A stretch of DNA of 64,000 bases from Bacteroidales bacterium (lineage in GTDB: Bacteria > Bacteroidota > Bacteroidia > Bacteroidales > P3), in the NCBI GenBank assembly GCA_024400665.1, contig JAKSML010000004.1, positions 9,151-73,150 of the forward strand, in the 5' to 3' direction. The notes under the pieces were generated by a model. The model was not told where the DNA came from and made no database searches. It worked only from the letters and a program-made list of their open reading frames with translations. Every line of letters begins with the position of its first letter. The stretch's first letter is position 1. Shown piece by piece: positions 1-9,201 of this stretch. The translations under genes were made by a program, and so were the position numbers.

Positions 1-81
1 ATTTATCGTCAAGGGTCATAGCTCTGGGGTCAATTATGTGTCATTCTCTATTCAAAAAACGGCCTCTTTTCAAATCCGCAA

Positions 82-3000
82 TTAAAACGAGTAGCGGAGG
101 TGGAGCAGCAGCTGCCAGGTGGAGAGGAAGTTGTTGTAGCTGTCCCAGACGGGGGCGGTGAAGGTGTATCTCCCCTCCTTGTAGGTGAGGATGGTCTCGC
201 TGCTGAGGTGCTTGAAGAGGCCCCAGTTGCTGCAAAGCAGGTTGGCTACATTGACCACGTCGGCACCAATCTGGAGCGTGTGGACATGGCTGCCGCGATA
301 GAAGTAGAACTCTTGGTCGAGCTTGAAGTCGATGCGGTTGAGCCATGGCGCGCGGGCGGCGTTGCGGGTGCTGTACTCGCCACGATGGGCGGAGAGGTAG
401 CGGTCGGAGGCGATGAAGTCCTCATACTGCTGGCGGTTCTCGTCGGACGAGAAGGGCATGGTCTGGAGCTCCTCCTCGGTGGGGATGTAGATAAGCTGCG
501 AGGTGGTCATGCCGCTCACGGCATTCATGAGATAGGAGACGCCAGACTTGGTGTAACTGCCAACGAAACCAATATTATAGCCCTCATAGAAGAGTCCCAT
601 CTTGGTGGCACAGCGAGGGCGCGGAAGGGCGAGGTCGGGATGGGCGGCGGAGCGTCCTTCGAGGAGCGTGTAGCCCAGGCTGGCGATGAGGCGGTCGGGG
701 ATGACGTATGCGGAGCGGCCCAGCTCGGGAGCGTTGTCGCCATGTACGGTGCTGACCTGTCCGAGGTTGCCGGCGAAGTTGCCGACGCCGTCGGTGACAG
801 ACTGCGAGAAGCTGTGGGTGTAGGCAGCCATGGCGTCCAGACCGCAGGCGAAATGGCGGCTCAGCGTGACAGAAAGGGAGAGATACTGGCCATGCAGCCC
901 TCTCGCATTGTGGAGGTAGCTGCCGCCAAGCACCTGTCCGAGGTCGTTGGCGATGCCCTCTTTCACGAAGGTGCGGCGCATCTCAGGCTCGCCAGGGAGC
1001 TGCATGAGGGGACCGTCGGCATAGCCCAGCGTGGTGGCGACGACCTCGTTGAAGTTGTAGGAATAGATGGCTTCGAGGAGGCCCTTGATGTCGAACGGCA
1101 GCTTGGCATCGAGGCTGAGCGAGCTCTTCCAGCTGGTGGGCATACGGAGGTTCTTGTCCAAGATGGTGGCGCCTGTGGGGGCCGAGAGGTCCTGCGGCAC
1201 GAAAGGACTGCCCGCGTAGAGGCTGTTGATGATGTCGGTGCGGTCGGTGAAGAAGGGTGCCACGGGAGCGTGGGTGTTATAGTTGGCAATATACTGATAC
1301 TGTATCACATTGGAGTTGCCCACAGCGCCGGCGAGCCAGACGTTGGGGATGCGGCCCGTGAAGAGGCCTGTGCCGCCATGGAACTGCAGACGGCGGTCGG
1401 GGGTGAGGAGCCAGTTGAAGCCCACGCGGGGCGAGACATTCACCGCGACGGCGGGGAGGTCGGCAGTGCTGAGGCCGGCGAAAGAGCTCTCGGGATGGGC
1501 GGCGGCGATGGCGGCGAACTCCTTGTTGCAGTTGTCGTAGGAATAGCTGACGGAGGGCACTTCGAGGCGGATGCCGGCGGTGAGGTCGAAGCGGGGCGAG
1601 AGCGCCACCTCATCCTGCGCATAGAGCGAGGCCTGGAAGATGTTGAAGGTGGGATATGCCACGGCGGCAGGGTCGTCGAGGTTGGCGTGCGAAATCATGA
1701 AGGAGAGCGGCTGAGCACCTGAGGTGAAAGAGTCCCAGGAGTCGTAGAGATACCAGCCTGTGCCGGCAGGGGTGTAGCCGTTGATGATGTGGTTGCCTTC
1801 AAGCTGGAAGCCGCCGACAAGATTGTGGGAGCCAGCGGTATAGGAGACCTCGTCGGTAATATTGAGGATGCTGACGCGGCGCACATTCATGGGGGTGATG
1901 GGATCGACGCCGAAGGTGGTGAACATGGCGTACTGCGTGGCGCCGGCCTCATCGGTGTAGGGCTCCAGAATATCTACCGTGGGGAAAAGGCTGCCGGGGT
2001 AGTCGCGCGGCTCGTTCTGGTAGGACCATGTGGCACGGAGGGTGTTGGAGCCCTTGCCGTCGAAGAGGCGGCTGTCGAGCTCGGCAGCCACAGAGGTGAA
2101 GTCGAGGACCTCGTAGTAGCAAGCCGACTCAAAATAGAGGGCATAATCGGAGAGGCGGCCAGCGTCGTAGCGGTTGAAGGTATAGGTGATGCCGCCAACG
2201 CTGATGGGGGTGTTGGTGCTGCCGAGAGGCGTCATGGTGGAGTTGGGCAGGCAGGCGTTGTAGGTGTGGGTGTGGCTGAAACGGATGTTGAAGCGGTTGT
2301 CGCTGTTGATATTCCAGTCGAGGCGGGCGAGGAGCTTATAGTCGGGGGTGTTGTAGGAATAGCCCTGATAGCGGCCGGGGTCGTAGCCGTAGCGCTCGAT
2401 GAGGTAGCTGCGCATCTCCTCCATCTGAGCGACGGTGGGACGGTTGAAGCTGGTGCTGCCGCCGAAAGGCTGGGAGGCGTCGGCACGAGCCTGGCGGGTT
2501 GAGCCCGCCACATTGTCGATGGTGTATTCCGCGTTGAGGAAGAAAAAGACCTTGTTCTTGACGATGGGGCCGCTGAGGGTGAAGCCCATGGCGTTGTTGA
2601 GCGAGGCAGCCTGGGCGAGGCTGTTCTCCCCCACCCTCTTGCCTTGCAGGTCGCTGCTGGTGAAATAGTTGTAGAGCGAGGCATGGAGGCTGTTGCCGCC
2701 CTGCTTGGTGACGACATTGATGGCGCCGCCCTGGAAGCCGCTCTGACGGACGTCGAAGGGGGTGAGGCTGATGGAGAGCTGCTCGATGGCGTCGAGCGAG
2801 ATGGGGCTGCCGCCTGCGGGGAGGTTGGACCCCATGCCGAAGGCATCGTTGAAGGTGGCGCCATCGACAGTGACCATGGAGCCGCGGTAGGTGCCGCCAC
2901 CTACGGCAAAGCCGCCAGCGACAGAGGTGCCCTGCGGGGTGAGCTTCATGACGTCGTTCATGCTGCGCGAGGCTGTGGGGACAGCCTCGATGGCTGCACG

Positions 3001-3414
3001 GTCAACCACGGTGCCCACGCCGTCGCTCTGCACATCGGGACGAGAGGCGGAGACGATCACCTCGCCGAGCGTGACAGTCTCGACATTGAGCATGAAATCG
3101 ACGACAACAGTCTGAGCAAGCGGCGCATAGACCTCTTGGAAGAGCTGGGCGCGATGGCCTGCGGCTTCGGCCTTGATGGTATAAGGACCGCCGGAGATGA
3201 CGCCCGAGAGGCGGAAGTTGCCGTCTTTGTTGGCAAAGGTGTGATAGACGACGCCCGAGGGGGTATAGACAGCCGTGACCATGGCTTCGGAGAGGGCTCC
3301 TGAGGTATCGGCCACATGGCCGGAGATGACGGAAGTGGTGGTCTGTGCCCGCAGCGAAGCCGTGAGCAAGACTCCTAAGAGGAGGAAGAAGGCATATCTG
3401 ATGGTTCTACTCAT
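82..3414 (-). CDS. TonB-dependent outer-membrane receptor (SusC/RagA-like, carboxypeptidase-regulatory-like N-domain)
   Basis: 1110-aa ORF with a signal peptide (FFLLLGVLLTASLRAQ). It has a CarbopepD_reg-like segment (ISGHVADTSG...DGNFRLSGV..YTIKAEAAGH), a plug and a long beta-barrel ending in a terminal aromatic (LHLRYSF). Overlapping antisense ORFs are low-complexity GC artefacts. Confidence 0.85.
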   Translation of the reverse strand: MSRTIRYAFFLLLGVLLTASLRAQTTTSVISGHVADTSGALSEAMVTAVYTPSGVVYHTFANKDGNFRLSGVISGGPYTIKAEAAGHRAQLFQEVYAPLAQTVVVDFMLNVETVTLGEVIVSASRPDVQSDGVGTVVDRAAIEAVPTASRSMNDVMKLTPQGTSVAGGFAVGGGTYRGSMVTVDGATFNDAFGMGSNLPAGGSPISLDAIEQLSISLTPFDVRQSGFQGGAINVVTKQGGNSLHASLYNYFTSSDLQGKRVGENSLAQAASLNNAMGFTLSGPIVKNKVFFFLNAEYTIDNVAGSTRQARADASQPFGGSTSFNRPTVAQMEEMRSYLIERYGYDPGRYQGYSYNTPDYKLLARLDWNINSDNRFNIRFSHTHTYNACLPNSTMTPLGSTNTPISVGGITYTFNRYDAGRLSDYALYFESACYYEVLDFTSVAAELDSRLFDGKGSNTLRATWSYQNEPRDYPGSLFPTVDILEPYTDEAGATQYAMFTTFGVDPITPMNVRRVSILNITDEVSYTAGSHNLVGGFQLEGNHIINGYTPAGTGWYLYDSWDSFTSGAQPLSFMISHANLDDPAAVAYPTFNIFQASLYAQDEVALSPRFDLTAGIRLEVPSVSYSYDNCNKEFAAIAAAHPESSFAGLSTADLPAVAVNVSPRVGFNWLLTPDRRLQFHGGTGLFTGRIPNVWLAGAVGNSNVIQYQYIANYNTHAPVAPFFTDRTDIINSLYAGSPFVPQDLSAPTGATILDKNLRMPTSWKSSLSLDAKLPFDIKGLLEAIYSYNFNEVVATTLGYADGPLMQLPGEPEMRRTFVKEGIANDLGQVLGGSYLHNARGLHGQYLSLSVTLSRHFACGLDAMAAYTHSFSQSVTDGVGNFAGNLGQVSTVHGDNAPELGRSAYVIPDRLIASLGYTLLEGRSAAHPDLALPRPRCATKMGLFYEGYNIGFVGSYTKSGVSYLMNAVSGMTTSQLIYIPTEEELQTMPFSSDENRQQYEDFIASDRYLSAHRGEYSTRNAARAPWLNRIDFKLDQEFYFYRGSHVHTLQIGADVVNVANLLCSNWGLFKHLSSETILTYKEGRYTFTAPVWDSYNNFLSTWQLLLHLRYSF

Positions 3415-3585
3415 AGCGAGGAATCGTTTTTTTTGCTGCGGCTGACGGCCAAAGGCAGGAGGCCTTCGAGGGCATCAGCCGCGGGTTATGTTTATCTTGT
3501 GGGTGACAGCGATTTTTTTAGAAATCGGAAAGGCGCGATCTTTGCGACCACGCCTTTCCCTTATTCTATTTAAAAGGACAAGCGA

Positions 3586-4320
3586 TTATCTGACATAATA
3601 GGTTAGACGCATATTGATGCTTGCTCTCTTTTTCTTGGAAGAGGTGTTGAAGGTGCCGCCCCAGGAGTAGTCCTCATCGCTGGAGTTGGGAGCGGTAATC
3701 TGGAAGACGCCCATGTTGGCAGTCTGAAGGCCGCCGAGGTGGGATCCCGCGTTCTTGGCGATGGTCTTGGCACGCTCCTTGGCGTTCTGGGTGGCCTCGG
3801 CGAGCATCTCAACCTTGAGGTCGGAGAGCTTGGTGTAGTAGAAAGAAAGGTCGTTATAGCCGATTTCGAGGCCTTGGTCGAGGAGCTCGGAAATCTCGCG
3901 GGAGATCTGCTCAACCTTGTTGACATCGCCGCTCTCAATCTTTACGACCTGCGTGAGACGATAGCCCAAGAACTCGTAATAGCTGTTGCCATCGTTGTAG
4001 TGGTACTCGGTCTCTTTCTCGCTATCGATAGCCAGGAACTCAATCTCATTTTCGGGAATGCCCTTCTTGGCGAGGTAGTTCTTGACCAGCGTGGTCTTCT
4101 CCTTGAGGGAAGCATAGCCCTGCTTCATATCTCTGTCGAGGACATTGTAGGAGAACTTCCACACGATAAGGTCGGAGGTGAAGTCGCGCTGTGCCATGCC
4201 CACGACGGAGACGGTCTTAGCGTGGCCCCTGGCCTTGTTGAGATAATGGCCGCCAATCCACACTGCGGCAATCATTGCGATGCTGAAAATGCAAGTCGCG
4301 ATAACAACTGATTTCTTCAT
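3586..4320 (-). CDS. SIMPL (DUF541) domain-containing periplasmic/membrane-anchored protein
   Basis: 244-aa ORF with an N-terminal anchor helix. Overall pattern is typical of SIMPL family proteins (VSVVGMAQRDF..., ...GVFQITAPNSS...). Assigned by recognition only. Confidence 0.55.
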   Translation of the reverse strand: MKKSVVIATCIFSIAMIAAVWIGGHYLNKARGHAKTVSVVGMAQRDFTSDLIVWKFSYNVLDRDMKQGYASLKEKTTLVKNYLAKKGIPENEIEFLAIDSEKETEYHYNDGNSYYEFLGYRLTQVVKIESGDVNKVEQISREISELLDQGLEIGYNDLSFYYTKLSDLKVEMLAEATQNAKERAKTIAKNAGSHLGGLQTANMGVFQITAPNSSDEDYSWGGTFNTSSKKKRASINMRLTYYVR

Positions 4321-4359
4321 ATTGATGATTTGTTATGAATGGTTTTCCCATCAAAGCGA

Positions 4360-5190
4360 TCAATAGGCGGGGAAGGCGATCTCGCGCTCAATGACCTGGT
4401 AGGCCACATTGTTGCGATAGATGGTCTGGCGCACCCAGTTGTCGTCCTCATCATACTCGAAGACATAGCTGTGCTTCCAGTTGAGGTGCTCGTCGTAGTT
4501 GAACGAGGAGAGCTCGATGAGGTTGTCATGGTCGTCGTAGTAGTAGGTGGTGAGGGCCACGAGGAAGTCGTCGGCATCGTAGAAACGCCATTCGATGCGG
4601 TTGCCGTGGCTGTCATACTTGTAGAGATAGCGCTGCATGAGCTCGCCGTCGCGGTCGTAGAACTCCATCTCGGTGTTGTTGCCGGCGTCGTCGTACTTAT
4701 AGACGCGCTTCTCGGTCATGGTGCCGTCGGGCGAGAAGCTCTGCTCCTCGACGAGGCGGTTGTTGTCGTAGCGGGAGGTCTCTTTCTTGGTCATGTGCTC
4801 GCCCATATAGACGGTACGCTCAATGCGGTTGCCGTTCTTGTCGTTGAGGTAGGCGGTACGGCCCGTGAGCTCCTTGGCGCGGTTATACTCGTTCCAGCCG
4901 AGGGCGTAGCCGTGGACGTCGAAATAGTAGGAATACCAAGTGTATTCGCCATCCTTAGTGCGGTATTTGTCTTGGAAATTGCCGCGCTTGTCGAAGGTGA
5001 TGGAGTCGATACATACGAGCTGACGGCCGCCGTTTCTGCCGCCGTGGATGTCGTAGGTGTACTCGATAACGTAGATGGCGTTGCCGTTGATGCCCATCTC
5101 CTGACGGGACGATTTGCGGGTCTTATTGCCAGCGAAAGCACTTCCGACGAGCAGAAGCATGAGTGCGAAGGTGATAATTCTTGTCTTCAT
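4360..5190 (-). CDS. Secreted/lipoprotein with YD (RHS-type) repeats
   Basis: 276-aa ORF with a signal peptide (MKTRIITFALMLLLVGSAFA). It has many repeated Y-x-YD-xx-GN motifs (YKYDDAGNN, YKYDSHGNRIE, YYYDDHDNLIE, FEYDEDDNWV). Confidence 0.5.
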   Translation of the reverse strand: MKTRIITFALMLLLVGSAFAGNKTRKSSRQEMGINGNAIYVIEYTYDIHGGRNGGRQLVCIDSITFDKRGNFQDKYRTKDGEYTWYSYYFDVHGYALGWNEYNRAKELTGRTAYLNDKNGNRIERTVYMGEHMTKKETSRYDNNRLVEEQSFSPDGTMTEKRVYKYDDAGNNTEMEFYDRDGELMQRYLYKYDSHGNRIEWRFYDADDFLVALTTYYYDDHDNLIELSSFNYDEHLNWKHSYVFEYDEDDNWVRQTIYRNNVAYQVIEREIAFPAY

Positions 5191-5244
5191 TTATTGTGAT
5201 TCTATTTTTCTAATTACTGATAACGCGATATTTTATTTATTATT

Positions 5245-6711
5245 TTATTCTTGTGCATCTTTTTTTTCAACATTCCTCGCACGACGCTTGCGGAGGAGGT
5301 GGAAAAAGAGGATTGTGATGTGGAGTGTGATGACGGCGCCGAGGGTGTAGCCCAGCCAGTGAGGGATGTACGAGCCCAGGCCTTCCCGCTCTGCCACGAG
5401 GAGGAAGCTGCTGGTGACCATGGTCATGAACATGGCGGGCAAGAGCGTGATAATGTAGGGCTTGCGTCGCTCGGCAAGGTACATGGTGATGGCCCACAGG
5501 GTGACCATGGCGAGGAGCTGGTTGCCCCAGGCGAAGTAGCGCCAGATGACGTCGAAGCCAGCGGCATCGACGAGCGAATAGACCAGGATGCCTGCCGTGA
5601 CGGCGAAGATGGGCACTGCCACGAAGAGGCGGTTCTTGATGGGCTTCTGGTCATAGCGGAAGAAGTCGGCCATGATGAGGCGTGCGGAGCGGAGGGCTGT
5701 GTCGCCCGAGGTGACGGCGGCAGAGATGACGCCGAGCACAGTGATGACGGCAATGGCCTTGGGGAACCAGGTGTTGGCAATCACGCTCACCATGGCGGGG
5801 CCGCCCTTGCCGGCGGTATCGACGGGACTGTCGGGACCGAAGAAGAAGGCTGCGGCAGCAGCCCAGATGAGGGCCACGACGCCCTCGGTAATCATGGAGC
5901 CGTAAAAGACGGGACGCGCCTGCTTCTCATTGGTCATGCAGCGTGCCATAAGGGGCGACTGTGTGGCATGGAAGCCGCTGATGGCGCCGCAGGCTATGCT
6001 GATGAACATCATGGGGAAGATGGGGTTGTGGGCGGCGTCGGGATGGCGGTTCTGAAGGCCTTCCCACACCTCGGGGATGGCGGGCTTATAGACCACGAAG
6101 GCTACCACGATGGCAACAGCCATGGCAAGCAGCAGGATGCCGAAGACGGGGTATATCTTGCCGATGACCTTGTCGATAGGCAGCAGCGTGGCGATGAGGT
6201 AGTAGGCAAAGATGATGCCCACCCAGATAAAGATGTTCCAGCCGGGGGTGAAGTTGCTGTGAAGCAGCACGGCGGGGGTGTTGACGAACACTGCGCCCAC
6301 GAGCACCATGAGCACGATGGTGAAGAGGCGCATGAACTGCTCCTTGCGGTGGCCGAGGCAGGCTCCGTGGATGTCGGGCAGCGAAGCGCCGTTCATCCGT
6401 ATGGAGATAAAGCCCGAGATAAAGTCATGGACGGCTCCGGCAAAGATGCTGCCGAACACAATCCAGAGGAACGAGGCTGTGCCGAACTGCGCGCCCATGA
6501 TGGCGCCGCAGATGGGGCCTACGCCGGCGATGTTGAGGAACTGGATGAGGTATATGCGCCACGGCTTCATGGGCACATAATCCACGCCATCGGGATGCGC
6601 CACGGCAGGCGTCGTGCGAGAGGGGTCCACCTCGATGATGCGCTCTATAATCTTGGAATAGACGAAGTATCCAAGCAGCAGCAATACGATTGCTATACAG
6701 AATGTAATCAT
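5245..6711 (-). CDS. cstA: Carbon starvation protein A family peptide/pyruvate transporter
   Basis: 488-aa polytopic membrane ORF. The N-terminus has the CstA signature (YSKIIERI..D..R.TPA....DGVDYVPM..W..YLIQFLNIAGVGPI.GAIMGAQFG). Confidence 0.85.
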   Translation of the reverse strand: MITFCIAIVLLLLGYFVYSKIIERIIEVDPSRTTPAVAHPDGVDYVPMKPWRIYLIQFLNIAGVGPICGAIMGAQFGTASFLWIVFGSIFAGAVHDFISGFISIRMNGASLPDIHGACLGHRKEQFMRLFTIVLMVLVGAVFVNTPAVLLHSNFTPGWNIFIWVGIIFAYYLIATLLPIDKVIGKIYPVFGILLLAMAVAIVVAFVVYKPAIPEVWEGLQNRHPDAAHNPIFPMMFISIACGAISGFHATQSPLMARCMTNEKQARPVFYGSMITEGVVALIWAAAAAFFFGPDSPVDTAGKGGPAMVSVIANTWFPKAIAVITVLGVISAAVTSGDTALRSARLIMADFFRYDQKPIKNRLFVAVPIFAVTAGILVYSLVDAAGFDVIWRYFAWGNQLLAMVTLWAITMYLAERRKPYIITLLPAMFMTMVTSSFLLVAEREGLGSYIPHWLGYTLGAVITLHITILFFHLLRKRRARNVEKKDAQE

Positions 6712-6805
6712 TTAGCGCAATATTATATTTTACTATTATTCATTATTTATTATGGCCTTTGCAGCCGCGATGGCTCTTCTGGCCCCCGACAGCCGCTCTT
6801 CGGCA

Positions 6806-8206
6806 TCAGAGCTCCACCTCCTGACGGAAGTCGGCAACCTCCACGCGCTTCCAGCCCTTCTTGGCGAGGTATTGCTGGAACTTGACCTGGGTCTCAGCCT
6901 CGCCGTGGACGAGGAAGAGCTTCTTCACCTTGCCTTTCTGCTGGCAGCTGATGTAGCGCACCATCTCCTCATAGTCGGCATGGCCGGAGAGAGACTCAAT
7001 ACGGCGCAGCTCGGCACGCACCTCGTGAAGGTGGCCGAAGATGGAGACCATCTTGTCGCCACGCATAATCTTGGCGCCCAGAGTGGAAGGCTCGCAGTAG
7101 CCCACGCAGAGGATGGTGGTGCTGGCGTCTTCGATATGGTTGGCAAGATGATGCTTCACGCGGCCAGCCTCCATCATGCCCGAAGCGGCGATGATGACGC
7201 AGGGCTTGTGGCGGACGTTGAGCGACTTCGACTCCTCGACCGAGCGCACATAGTGCAGGCGGTCGAAGCCGAAGGGGTCGGCGTTGTGCTCCATATACTG
7301 GAGCATCTCGGCGCCGAAGCATTCGTCATGAAGGCGCATGATATTGGTGGCGGAAATGCTGAGGGGGCTATCGACAAAGACGTCGATATCGGGCAGCAGC
7401 TCCTTGTTTTTAAGGCGGTCGAGGGCATAGATAATCTCCTGTGCGCGACCGATGGCGAAGGAGGGTATGATGAGCTTGCCCTTCTTCTTGGTGCAGGTGT
7501 CAAGCACCGCCATAAGCAGCTCCTGCTCAGCGTTGTCGAGGGTGGTGTGCAGGCGGTCGCCGTAGGTGGATTCCATGATGAGGTAATCGACCTGCGGGAA
7601 CGGCTCGGGGTCTTTGAGGATGCGCTTGTCGTAGCGGCCGATGTCGCCCGTGAAGCCGAGCTTGATCTTGCGGCGTCCGTCCTTGATTTCGAGATAGGCG
7701 CAGCTGCTGCCGAGGATATGGCCGGTGTCGTAGAACGTCACCGTCACCTCGCCCTCGATATTGAAGGGCTTGCGGTAGGGCACGCTGATGAAGCAGCCCA
7801 TGCACTCCTGCGCGTCCTTCTCAGTATAGATAGGCTCGACGGGCTCTTCGCCGTTGGCCTTGCGTTTCTTGTTAAACGTATGCACATCAGCCTCCTGGAT
7901 GCGGCCAGCGTCGGCAAGCATGATGGTGCAGAGGTCGCGCGTGGCAGGGGTGCAGAGCACGGTGCCGCGGAAGCCGAGGCGGTAGATATAGGGTATCAGA
8001 CCCGAATGGTCGATATGGGCATGTGAGAGGATGATGTAGTCGATTTCGGCAGGGTCGAAGCCGAGGTCGCGGTTCATCGCATCGGTCTCTAAGCCCTTGC
8101 CCTGATACATGCCGCAGTCGAGGAGGATCTTCAGACCCTTCTTCGTGGTGATGAGGTGCTTGCTACCCGTCACCTCTTTTGCGGCACCCATGAATGACAG
8201 CTTCAT
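6806..8206 (-). CDS. MBL-fold metallo-hydrolase with beta-CASP/RNA-metabolising domain (RNase J/CPSF-like)
   Basis: 466-aa ORF starting MKLSFMGAAKEVTGSKHLI, with the HAHIDHSG motif and C-terminal beta-CASP-like motifs (SGHAD). Confidence 0.8.
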   Translation of the reverse strand: MKLSFMGAAKEVTGSKHLITTKKGLKILLDCGMYQGKGLETDAMNRDLGFDPAEIDYIILSHAHIDHSGLIPYIYRLGFRGTVLCTPATRDLCTIMLADAGRIQEADVHTFNKKRKANGEEPVEPIYTEKDAQECMGCFISVPYRKPFNIEGEVTVTFYDTGHILGSSCAYLEIKDGRRKIKLGFTGDIGRYDKRILKDPEPFPQVDYLIMESTYGDRLHTTLDNAEQELLMAVLDTCTKKKGKLIIPSFAIGRAQEIIYALDRLKNKELLPDIDVFVDSPLSISATNIMRLHDECFGAEMLQYMEHNADPFGFDRLHYVRSVEESKSLNVRHKPCVIIAASGMMEAGRVKHHLANHIEDASTTILCVGYCEPSTLGAKIMRGDKMVSIFGHLHEVRAELRRIESLSGHADYEEMVRYISCQQKGKVKKLFLVHGEAETQVKFQQYLAKKGWKRVEVADFRQEVEL

Positions 8207-8465
8207 AGACAGTTCGTATTTTGTTCAACAATTCATTTTTTCCTGCGGGCTTCATGCCATGTCGAAAGAGGGCCTCGGCACAAGGCCTCCGCCGCCTTCC
8301 TTGCAATCCGCCACAATGGCCTTTTAGGCTCTTCGGCTGCGCAATTTCGACTTTTCGAGGGCCTCGCAGACCTTCGCACAGCCTCGTCCCGCAGCGTCCA
8401 ATCCTTTTATTGCCAATAATATATAATAACCCGCTCCCCTTTGCGGAGCCAGGCTATTTAAACGG

Positions 8466-8473
8466 CAAAAATA
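8466..8473 (-). promoter_or_regulatory. Bacteroidetes -7 promoter box TAnnTTTG (TATTTTTG on minus strand)
   Basis: Plus strand reads caaaaata. The surrounding block (caaaaatacaactttttttcgatatatc) is nearly identical to the promoter block upstream of yceD at 53026-53056. It lies ~260 nt upstream of the 6806..8206 gene. Confidence 0.45.
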
Positions 8474-8670
8474 CAACTTTTTTTCGATATATCAAAATTT
8501 ATGCGACATAATTGTCGAAAAACCTTCCTGCCCCTCCCCCCTCCTCTCCTCAACGCCCATTCCCTCCTGCCCTCTCCGACCCTTGCCGCAAGGCATGGCG
8601 GCAAGCCCTTTCGTGACGCTTTGGGGCGCTCTCGACACCCCCGCCTTTCGTCATGCCAAGCTCCGCCCTG

Positions 8671-8757
8671 CATTGCTACTGCATTGCTACCACATTGCTA
8701 CTGCATTGCTATGGCATAGCATACCAGTAGCTATGCAGATGCTATGCAGTAGCAATG
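8671..8757. repeat. 87-bp palindromic array of 11-bp units (cattgctactg x4, then inverted copies)
   Basis: Read directly: cattgctactg/cattgctacca/cattgctactg/cattgctatgg followed by ...agtagctatgc/agatgctatgc/agtagcaatg. The outermost units are exact reverse complements. Confidence 0.8.
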
Positions 8758-9127
8758 TACGGCGGAGGTTGAGCATTCTTTGGGCGGAGCGATGGCGCGG
8801 GCAAAGCTCGTGCTCCGCCTCCTTGTCTCGCGCCTTGGCTTTCAGCTTTTTTGCCATGGGCTGCCGCCCTGTCACGAAGGACTTGTCCATGCCTTGCCCT
8901 GCCGCCCTTCTTCCTCCGCCTTTCCTTCGCCTCACCTTCGCCTTTCCTCCGCTCTGAGGACGGCGGCTGAGTGGGGCTGGCGAGGACTTTCGGAGAGTTC
9001 TCGGAGAGGCATTTCTGTGGGTTGGGTAAGGGTTGGCGGAAGTCTTTCCCCACCCTTTGATGAGGGACCTCGGGAAAGAAATATTCTTAAAAAGAAAGAT
9101 TTTTTTTCACCAACCCGATTTTTTTTG

Positions 9128-9135
9128 TATTTTTG
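9128..9135 (+). promoter_or_regulatory. -7 promoter box TATTTTTG upstream of pfkA
   Basis: TAnnTTTG motif 67 nt upstream of the ATG at 9202. Confidence 0.5.
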
Positions 9136-9201
9136 TAAATTCAAGTGCGCAAGGCATTTTTGCGCAACCTATATATAAATCAATACAATAGTAATACAGC
9201 T

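Noticed and set aside
100-1722. Long plus-strand ORF (540 aa) antisense to the TonB-dependent receptor. Similar long antisense or shifted ORFs occur at 1789..2502, 5251..6885, 6752..8026, 9208..10326, 10362..11864, 11942..12985, 13066..14211, 32359..33759, 34720..35955, 36093..37115, 37753..38856, 54485..55918 and elsewhere.
   Set aside because: Their composition is extreme (G/A/V/E/D/R/P-rich, low complexity), which is typical of open frames opposite GC-rich genes. Each overlaps a gene with clear family motifs on the other strand or frame.
3527-3559. Perfect 9-bp hairpin (ggaaaggcg...cgcctttcc) downstream of the SIMPL gene, considered as a terminator.
   Set aside because: It is not listed as a feature because there is no U-run on the minus strand after the stem. 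It may still act as an attenuator or protein site, but support is weak.
8221-9178. Several 70-130-aa ORFs on both strands in the 1-kb GC-rich intergenic region.
   Set aside because: All are P/R/A/S-rich low-complexity translations of repeat DNA. They have no start context or recognisable domain and are mutually overlapping.
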